The notes under the pieces: model-generated
Told to the model about the DNA's origin: nothing
What the model saw: the letters and a program-made list of their open reading frames with translations, nothing else
Databases searched by the model: none
Shown here: in pieces, positions 6,507-12,862 of the stretch
How the letters are laid out: each line of letters opens with the position of its first letter
How positions within the stretch are numbered: the first letter of the stretch is position 1
Program-made: the position numbers and the translations under genes
Origin: a virus
DNA: 46,022 nt
Reading direction: 5' to 3' (one strand)
IMG/VR virus record: IMGVR_UViG_3300045988_121238

Positions 6507-8202
6507 CGGAATCACGAAGGCCACGCTTGACGCGATCAGCAACCCGCTGAAAACCGACTACGTGGCCGACGCATTCGGCGAGTACCTTGGGCGCATTCTT
6601 TCCGAACTGCTTGAACGCTTTACGGGAATCCGATTCCAGCGCATTGCCGACACAATTGCCCGTGCATTTGTTGATGACTCTCTCAAGTTCTCCGACGGTG
6701 TGTTTTCGCACGATTCGGCAAGGTCAGTCGGAATCAACATCTACAATACGCCTGAACTGAGAAAAGTCATCAGTCTTGCTACGGAGCAGAATGCGCAGTT
6801 GATTCGAAGCATTGCGTCTCAGCACCTTAACGCTATTGCGGGAATCGTCTATGAAAACGTGATGGCTGGCAACAGACCGAGCGCTATTGAAGCCGCAATT
6901 CGATCTTATGGCGTGACCAAAAGCCGTGCGCGATTGATTGCTCGTGACCAGACTTCCAAGGTTCTCAGCTCGATCAGCAAAGCACGGCAGCGGGATGCAG
7001 GTTTTGAGTTCTTCAAGTGGGATACCTCTCACGATGAGCGCGTAAGACCGTCTCACCGAGAGGCGCAAGACAGGGTGACGAAGTACGGCGTCGGCGTTTA
7101 CCGTTGGGATGAACTGCCAACGGTTGACGGAGAAAGGACGAGTCCCGGCATGGCTATAAATTGCTTCCCCGGATCAGTCAAGGTAAATATCTTGTACGGT
7201 GCGGAAAAGCTGTTTAGGCGCGTCTACTCTGGCAAATTGGTTGAGATCGTTACGGACGATGGCGTAGTTTTGCAATCTACACCCAATCACCCGATACTTA
7301 CTCGCAAAGGATTCGTCCCCGCAAATGCTTTGAATGTCGGCGATGAGGTTATCAATGTCCCACATCAGGGATTCCTCGTCGGCGAAGTAAACGGCAATAG
7401 TGCGGATGTTGCTTTCGAGGAGCTTTTTGGAACGCTTTTTGAACTTTTCGGTTCTGAATCGGTATGCACTACAGCAGGAGATTTCTACGGCGACGCATCC
7501 GTTAACGAGGATGTCAATGTTGTATCGATCGACTGGGTGCTGTGTGGAAACGCTGAATCCAAAAGAACGCAATTGCTCTGCAAGGACTTCCTCACCCGGG
7601 CCGAAAAATTTTTTGGTCTGCTTGACGAACCTTGTGATGGCAGATTTGTGGATGCTTGCGGATTTTTTGGGCTTCCCCCTGACGGCATCGTGAGCCTTGC
7701 GGGTAAGTTCTTGTCTTTCTTCGGTCGTTGTGTTTCGCATTCTGATGAACATAGCCTCGCTTCGGTTGGGCTGTTGTATTCCTCCTTCGTTAAGAATGCG
7801 GGTGATAACGTTACGAGAGACTTTGTATTGCTCGGCAATGCGTTTGATGCTAATGCCACTAAGAACAAGCGACTTGAGTTCCTCAAAAGGTATCTCTATT
7901 CGGTTGTGTGCCTTGACTTTATTTCGGGGAATTTTGTAACCCCACGAGCGAAGGCGTTCACTGACAGTGTCGGGGTGTATTCCTATGCAACGACTAGCAT
8001 CAGTGAGGGTCTTCCCATCAAGCATCATTTGGTAAGCATCAAGGAAAAGAGACTTTTCGATTTTTCGGGACATGTTTATGACCTCCAAATGAAAAACGGA
8101 CTGTTTGTTGCTAACAGTATAGCAGTCAGCAACTGCCGTTGTGTTGCGTTACCGATTTTAGAAAGCGAGGTCGAAGAGTTTCAGAGGAGAAAACGAAAAT
8201 GA
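6379..8202 (+). CDS. MuF / SPP1-gp7-like head morphogenesis protein precursor containing an intein
   Basis: MuF-type motifs ...WDTSHDERVRPSHREAQDRV... PGMAIN|[intein]|CRCVALP. GGAGGA lies 9 nt before the ATG at 6379. Overlaps the portal 3' end by 128 nt. Confidence 0.85.
   Translation: MREIRATRAQAKALTSLRKRMLTRAFPQRVEVQYRKSLYQVLDGITKATLDAISNPLKTDYVADAFGEYLGRILSELLERFTGIRFQRIADTIARAFVDDSLKFSDGVFSHDSARSVGINIYNTPELRKVISLATEQNAQLIRSIASQHLNAIAGIVYENVMAGNRPSAIEAAIRSYGVTKSRARLIARDQTSKVLSSISKARQRDAGFEFFKWDTSHDERVRPSHREAQDRVTKYGVGVYRWDELPTVDGERTSPGMAINCFPGSVKVNILYGAEKLFRRVYSGKLVEIVTDDGVVLQSTPNHPILTRKGFVPANALNVGDEVINVPHQGFLVGEVNGNSADVAFEELFGTLFELFGSESVCTTAGDFYGDASVNEDVNVVSIDWVLCGNAESKRTQLLCKDFLTRAEKFFGLLDEPCDGRFVDACGFFGLPPDGIVSLAGKFLSFFGRCVSHSDEHSLASVGLLYSSFVKNAGDNVTRDFVLLGNAFDANATKNKRLEFLKRYLYSVVCLDFISGNFVTPRAKAFTDSVGVYSYATTSISEGLPIKHHLVSIKEKRLFDFSGHVYDLQMKNGLFVANSIAVSNCRCVALPILESEVEEFQRRKRK
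7162..8133 (+). mobile_element. Intein (324 codons) inserted between N and C of the MuF 'NCRC' motif
   Basis: Block A CFPGSVKV, block B LQSTPNHPILT plus GFVPANALNVGDEV, blocks F/G HVYDLQMKNGLFVANSIAVSN followed by +1 Cys (CRC). Removing it restores ...PGMAIN-CRCVALP. Confidence 0.8.
7174..8073 (-). CDS. Antisense-encoded putative homing endonuclease inside the intein: two HTH segments plus a DUF559/Vsr-like PD-(D/E)XK core
   Basis: ATG at 8073 with GGAGG at 8082-8086. HTH-like LTDASRCIGIHPDTVSERL and SIKRIAEQYKVSRNVITRIL. Core EEVLAEQLRSFGF...VDRYNIDILVNGCVAVEISC...KKLLESNIRTIAVYF resembles the DUF559 pattern (E..L..L...Q..v..y.vD....vavEvdG...R...L...G..v.rf). Normal protein-like composition, unlike the sense frame here. 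Confidence 0.6.
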   Translation of the reverse strand: MSRKIEKSLFLDAYQMMLDGKTLTDASRCIGIHPDTVSERLRSWGYKIPRNKVKAHNRIEIPFEELKSLVLSGISIKRIAEQYKVSRNVITRILNEGGIQQPNRSEAMFIRMRNTTTEERQELTRKAHDAVRGKPKKSASIHKSAITRFVKQTKKFFGPGEEVLAEQLRSFGFSVSTQHPVDRYNIDILVNGCVAVEISCCSAYRFRTEKFKKRSKKLLESNIRTIAVYFADEESLMWDIDNLIADIQSICGDESFASKYRVIGCRLQNYAIVRNDLNQFARVDAPKQLFRTVQDIYLD

Positions 8203-9320
8203 ATGAAGTTCAAATAACGGATAGGGCGAGTGATTTTCTTGGAAACTCGACTCGCCAGACGTTGGAAAATGGTTTTTTGAAAGTGAAGGGGCGCGTTGCG
8301 CGTTCTGGCATTCAAAGCTACTACCGGTGCGAATTGGGATTGAAGGACGAGCCGTTTAAGCGCATTCGCCTTTACCGCCCGCCTGAAGTGGTTTTGTCGG
8401 ACGAGGTTTGCAAAATGTTCGACGGTGTTGACGTGACGAATGAGCACCCGAAAGAGTTCATTGACAAGATGAATTATCGAAAACTGACTGCGGGGGTCGT
8501 CCTTGGAAATGCGCAAAAGGACGAAGAGAACCCGAATTTCATTGTCTGCGACATGCTGATCAAGGACGCTGATACAATTAAGTCAATTGAGGCGGGTAAA
8601 ATCCAGTTGTCAGTGGGATACAGAAACACCATTGATTTCACGGATGGTGTTACGCCTGAAGGTGAAAAGTATGACGCAAGAGTGGATAAAATCACTCTCG
8701 TTAATCACGTCGCACTTGTGCCTCGCGCGAGAGCTGGCATTGAGGCGCGTCTTTTCGATTCGTTCGGAGGAAAAATGAAGAATCTCAAAATCGGCGATGC
8801 TGAGTTCGAGTTGAACGACGATGTGGCCTCGGCCATTGAATCGCGCATCAACGAACTGGAGGCGCGCGCCAAGACCGCCGAAGAAGCTGTCGGAATGAAG
8901 GACAGCGAAATCGGCGAACTCACCGCTAAGGTTTCTGATCTCGAAAAGAGTTTGGAAGATGCCAAGGCAATGATCTTGACTGACGAAGATATTAAGGAAG
9001 TTGTCAAGAAGACCGCGACCTTGATGGACGATGCCCGCAAGATTGCGGGCGAAACTTTTGTGTGCGACTCTTTCGATCCGCTCGAAATCAAGAAGGCTGC
9101 GATCAAGGCTGCCTATCCTGACGTTGCGCTCGACGACAAGGCCGACGACTTCGTTAGCGGCTTCTTTGCTCACGCTGTCAGCACCGCTGGCGTTGGTATG
9201 AACGACTCGCTGAAGAAGCTCGGCCAAGCTATGACGGACGTGGACGACGATAAGAAGGAAGACCAAGACGCTTACAAGAAGCATATGCAGAAGATTGCTG
9301 ACGCTTGGAAGTGCAAGTAA
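8199..9320 (+). CDS. Scaffolding/prohead core protein (DUF2213-like N-domain plus coiled-coil C-region)
   Basis: GFLKVKGRVARSGIQSYY...IRLYRPPEVV...FDGVDVTNEHP resembles DUF2213. Acidic coiled-coil tail. ATG overlaps the upstream stop (ATGA) and GAGGAG lies upstream. Confidence 0.65.
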   Translation: MNEVQITDRASDFLGNSTRQTLENGFLKVKGRVARSGIQSYYRCELGLKDEPFKRIRLYRPPEVVLSDEVCKMFDGVDVTNEHPKEFIDKMNYRKLTAGVVLGNAQKDEENPNFIVCDMLIKDADTIKSIEAGKIQLSVGYRNTIDFTDGVTPEGEKYDARVDKITLVNHVALVPRARAGIEARLFDSFGGKMKNLKIGDAEFELNDDVASAIESRINELEARAKTAEEAVGMKDSEIGELTAKVSDLEKSLEDAKAMILTDEDIKEVVKKTATLMDDARKIAGETFVCDSFDPLEIKKAAIKAAYPDVALDDKADDFVSGFFAHAVSTAGVGMNDSLKKLGQAMTDVDDDKKEDQDAYKKHMQKIADAWKCK

Positions 9321-9341
9321 TTTTTTTAAAGAGGTAACTAA

Positions 9342-9824
9342 ATGGCAATTACCAAGACTGTGGCTCTTGTCCACGACAAGGCTTACGCGGGTATGGTGGC
9401 TGACCTTCAGCTTGCTAACCGCGTTTCTCGCTTTAATGCGACTTCCGCTGTGATTCCGTTCGGCACGGCAGTGCAGGCTGACACCGATGCGGGCTCTATG
9501 AAGCCCATCGCATCTGGCGGCACCGCAATCGGCGTTCTCGTGCGCGAACTCGTCGACGTGACGAACCCCGGCAGCGAACAGGGTGTGAACGTTGGCAAGA
9601 CCGGCACTGTCCTGACCGATGGTGTGATTTGGGTCAAGGCTTATGAAGCTGTCACTGTGGGCGGTAATGTCTTCGCTGGCGTTGGCGCGACTGTGAAGGG
9701 CTATTTCTGCGCGGCCGCCGGCTCGGAAGGCACTGAAGCTGTTCAGATCACTGGAGCTAAGTACCTTGACGCGGCTTCTGCGAAGGGTGATCTGGTTCGC
9801 ATCAAGATTACGATTGGGGGTTGA
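9342..9824 (+). CDS. Putative head decoration/cement protein (DUF2190-like)
   Basis: 160-aa Gly/Ala/Val-rich beta protein between scaffold and capsid genes. GAGGT precedes the ATG. Confidence 0.5.
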   Translation: MAITKTVALVHDKAYAGMVADLQLANRVSRFNATSAVIPFGTAVQADTDAGSMKPIASGGTAIGVLVRELVDVTNPGSEQGVNVGKTGTVLTDGVIWVKAYEAVTVGGNVFAGVGATVKGYFCAAAGSEGTEAVQITGAKYLDAASAKGDLVRIKITIGG

Positions 9825-9829
9825 TTGAA

Positions 9830-10876
9830 ATGAAGAAGAATATTGTTTCCGTCGCTGTGTCGGACGCCATGGCTGAACGCTTTGGCCTTGCCAGCGCAAA
9901 TGTGAGCTATAACGCCGCCATGAACGACGGCGATAGCGGCGTGGCTTTTATGATTTCTCAGCTGGCTTACATCGAGCCGAAGCTGTATGAAACGCCTTAC
10001 GCTGACATCTTCTTTGAAAATCTCGTCCCGATCGACACCGCTATTCCTGAATGGACGGAAACTGTCAACTACCGTTCTTACGATGGCGTCACGATGGGCA
10101 AGTTCATCGGCGCTTCCGCTGACGATCTGCCGTCCGTCGCCATGTCGGCTGAAATCCACGCGGTTCAGCTCGGCTATGCTGGCATGAGTGTGCAGTACAG
10201 TCTTGACGAGCTGCGCAAGTCGACCGCCATGAACATGCCGATCGACCAGACGCAGATGCGTTTTGCATACCGTGGCGCCAAGGAACACCAGCAGAAGATC
10301 GTTTTCTTCGGTGATGCCAAGCGCAAGATGTTCGGTCTTTTCAACCACCCGAACGTCACCAAGACGAACTCGAACGTTGACTGGAACACGGCCAGCGCTC
10401 AGGAAATTCTGGACGACATCAACAAGTTCCTTGGCGACATTTGGGAAGACACGAATCAGCGATTCATGCCGAACACCCTGCTGCTCGACACCAAGCGCTA
10501 TCGCCTGATCGCGAACAAGCCCTACGGCGTTTCTGCCGACGGCACGCAGGTCGGATTTACGACGGTTCTTGACTTCCTGAAGCAGAAGAATCTCGCAACG
10601 ATCGAACGCGGCATTCAGCTCGACATTCGCCCGATCCCGTTCCTGCTTGCATCCCAGCTGACGGCCAATGGCGTGACGGGCAATAAGGATCGCATGGTGG
10701 CTTATGAGAAGTCTCCTGACAACCTTGTGGCCTACATGCCTATCGCTCCGCGATTCATTGCTCCCCAGTACCATAACCTGATGATCAAGGTGCCGATGGA
10801 GTACAAGATTTCCGGTACTGAATTCCGCTATCCGCAGTGCGCGGCCTACTGCGAATTCGATACGGCTATCTCGTAA
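9830..10876 (+). CDS. Major capsid protein (DUF2184-like)
   Basis: Position after scaffold and decoration genes. ...QLAYIEPKLYETPYADIFFENLVPID... resembles the DUF2184 coat family. GGGGG lies 9 nt before the ATG at 9830. Confidence 0.75.
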   Translation: MKKNIVSVAVSDAMAERFGLASANVSYNAAMNDGDSGVAFMISQLAYIEPKLYETPYADIFFENLVPIDTAIPEWTETVNYRSYDGVTMGKFIGASADDLPSVAMSAEIHAVQLGYAGMSVQYSLDELRKSTAMNMPIDQTQMRFAYRGAKEHQQKIVFFGDAKRKMFGLFNHPNVTKTNSNVDWNTASAQEILDDINKFLGDIWEDTNQRFMPNTLLLDTKRYRLIANKPYGVSADGTQVGFTTVLDFLKQKNLATIERGIQLDIRPIPFLLASQLTANGVTGNKDRMVAYEKSPDNLVAYMPIAPRFIAPQYHNLMIKVPMEYKISGTEFRYPQCAAYCEFDTAIS

Positions 10877-10885
10877 GGAGGCGTC

Positions 10886-11167
10886 ATGATCGCTGTTCGC
10901 AATGTCGGTCTTTGCAATGTTCGGATCAACCTCGATGAAAATCGCCGCTTTCTGATTCCTGTAGGCGGTGCTGAAAGTGTCGAGTTGCCCGACGATGTGA
11001 AGAACTTGTCTTTCTTTAAGGATCGACTGGATGATGGCTCTTTGGTCATCGAGCGCGATGAGCCGGATCAAAAGGAGCCTGAAAAGAAGCGCGGCCGACC
11101 TGCAAAGGAAAAGCCTGCCGACCCCGATGTGGACGACAAGTCCGAAGCGGATGAGGCAAAAGCGTAA
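10886..11167 (+). CDS. Hypothetical head-module protein with a basic/acidic tail containing an AT-hook-like KKRGRPAKEKP
   Basis: AAGGAGG precedes the ATG. 93 aa. Followed by an intrinsic terminator. Confidence 0.5.
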   Translation: MIAVRNVGLCNVRINLDENRRFLIPVGGAESVELPDDVKNLSFFKDRLDDGSLVIERDEPDQKEPEKKRGRPAKEKPADPDVDDKSEADEAKA

Positions 11168-11180
11168 GGCATAGCCCGAA

Positions 11181-11209
11181 GCCCTCCGAATTTTCGGGGG
11201 GCTTTTTTT
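11181..11209 (+). terminator. Rho-independent terminator after the capsid block
   Basis: GCCCTCCG-AATTTT-CGGGGGGC followed by TTTTTTT. Confidence 0.7.
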
Positions 11210-11222
11210 AATGGAGAAAAAC

Positions 11223-11567
11223 ATGGATGAAACTCAGACCTTACCTGTCAGACACGATTTGTCTGCGGCAGTTGGTGAAAAGTGCGAGTTCTGTGTCGAT
11301 GTTGATGGAGACATTAACCTTGATTTCGCTGTTGCGAATTACACTGTCAAGGAAGATTCTTCGGATGGCGACGTTGTGAAATCGGGTTGCCTCAACTTCG
11401 TTGATGGAAAGGCCTTTTTCGAATTGTCGAGCGCAGAAACGAAGACGATGGGCCAAGGGCTTTTCTACTATGATTTGTGGCTGAAAGATGGCGACGACAT
11501 GATTCGGCCTATCGTTTACGGTCAAATCCATTTGGTGAAACTTCCGACGGAAGGGGGTTGCGCATGA
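11223..11567 (+). CDS. Small beta-rich protein, paralogue of 29843..30187
   Basis: Both share ...F.L.....T......G.F.YDL.L.......I..G...L... and both precede a fibre gene. GGAGA lies 5 nt before the ATG at 11223. Confidence 0.5.
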   Translation: MDETQTLPVRHDLSAAVGEKCEFCVDVDGDINLDFAVANYTVKEDSSDGDVVKSGCLNFVDGKAFFELSSAETKTMGQGLFYYDLWLKDGDDMIRPIVYGQIHLVKLPTEGGCA

Positions 11568-12862
11568 GCTGCACAACGATCAAAGTGACGGTCATCGGCA
11601 GTCCGTCTGGCGTTCTTTCGATCCTGGACGCCGCAAATAAAGCCGTAAAGGACGCAGAGAGCGCGCGTGATGAGTCTTTCTTGTCGCGAGACGCGGCAAA
11701 AACGAGCGCCAGCGAGTCCTCAGACAGTGCGAGAAAAGCGCAGGCCTCGGCGAGCGACTCTGCACAATCCGCTTTGAAGGCCAAAGAGTCCGAGGGCACC
11801 GCGCAAGGCTTTGCCGATGACGCGCAGACGTCGATGGTTGGCGCGAAAGGCGCGATGGCGCAGGCAAAGGTGTACCGAGATCAAGCCAAGCAGTTCGCAG
11901 GTCAGCGTCTGCCCGTAGACGTGAAGCATGACGGGAAGACGGTTGGCGTCGGCTTGCTGGCTATCGATTTTGTCGGCTCTGGCGTGGACGTGGTTTCCAC
12001 GGGTGAACAGCAATACAAAGTCACCATCACCGACACGGGTTCTCTGGTCACGTGGTCAAACCTGTCAGGCAAGCCGTCGACTTTTCCGCCCGCGGCGCAC
12101 AAGCATGCAATTTCTGATGTGACGGGTTTGCAATCCGCCTTAGACGGAAAGCAGGCCGCTGGAAGCTACGCGACGGCAGCGCAACTCGGTCAAAAGCTGG
12201 ATGCATCAACGTTCAATAGCGAAAAGGCAAACTTTGCGAAGGTGAACGAAGCAAACACGTTCGCAAAGATGATTAAGCTTGATGTTGACGGTGTTGCAGA
12301 CACGGATGTTGCGAACGTTCGGACTGTAAAAGACCTCATTGCAAGTCAGGCTGTTGTGCAAGCGAATTCTGATGGTCTTTTGACGGCGAGAGTTCGCACG
12401 CTAGAACAAGAGGAGCCGGCATCACTGAACATCACAGCCAACGACGCCGACAAGACCATCACGATCAAACTTCTCGCAAAAGGAAAAACAGTTGCAAGCG
12501 GTACCGTGGACATTAGTGGAATGTTTACGACGCCGAGCCAACCCGCGCCTGTCAACCACCCTGTTTATTTTGGTTTCTCGGTTTCTGGCACGCCTGATGA
12601 ATCGGAAATCAAGGCCGCGACCACAAAGAGTGTCACGAAGATCGATGGTCAGGCGCTTGATTTTGTACGCACCGGGAAGGCTCCTGCCTATCTTTTCGCG
12701 TGGATTCCTGACGCTCTGGGAAGCGTGAGCGGCTTTTCTTCGGGCGGCTTCCTAGACGTCTGGAAGTCGTCCGCTGTGACTGTTGACGGTGTAGCGGGAA
12801 AGCTGTTCGTTTCCGATAACCCGACTGCCACTGAAAACATTGTTTTGGAGGTCAAGGCATGA
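11564..12862 (+). CDS. Fibre-like structural protein
   Basis: N-terminal Ala/Ser/Lys coiled region (AKDAESARDES...SASESSDSARKAQASASDSAQSA). Motif VTWSNLSGKPSTFPPAAHKHAISDVTGLQSALDGKQAAGSYA is shared with the 30180..32420 fibre. ATGA overlap with the upstream gene. Confidence 0.6.
   Translation: MSCTTIKVTVIGSPSGVLSILDAANKAVKDAESARDESFLSRDAAKTSASESSDSARKAQASASDSAQSALKAKESEGTAQGFADDAQTSMVGAKGAMAQAKVYRDQAKQFAGQRLPVDVKHDGKTVGVGLLAIDFVGSGVDVVSTGEQQYKVTITDTGSLVTWSNLSGKPSTFPPAAHKHAISDVTGLQSALDGKQAAGSYATAAQLGQKLDASTFNSEKANFAKVNEANTFAKMIKLDVDGVADTDVANVRTVKDLIASQAVVQANSDGLLTARVRTLEQEEPASLNITANDADKTITIKLLAKGKTVASGTVDISGMFTTPSQPAPVNHPVYFGFSVSGTPDESEIKAATTKSVTKIDGQALDFVRTGKAPAYLFAWIPDALGSVSGFSSGGFLDVWKSSAVTVDGVAGKLFVSDNPTATENIVLEVKA

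Noticed and set aside
7360-8010. Weak LAGLIDADG-like strings in the sense frame of the intein (GFLVGEVNGNS, FFGLLDEPCDGRF)
   Set aside because: They lack the conserved acidic residue and Gly spacing. The first lies too close to block B. The surrounding sequence has the F/L/G-rich look of an antisense shadow. The protein-like signal is on the other strand.
8610-11224. Very long minus-strand ORFs (8610..9899, 429 aa; 9743..11224, 493 aa) opposite the scaffold and capsid genes
   Set aside because: Their translations are Arg/Ser/His/Val-rich with no motifs and no RBS. They lie in codon register opposite strongly supported structural genes. They are classic shadow ORFs of GC-biased coding sequence.
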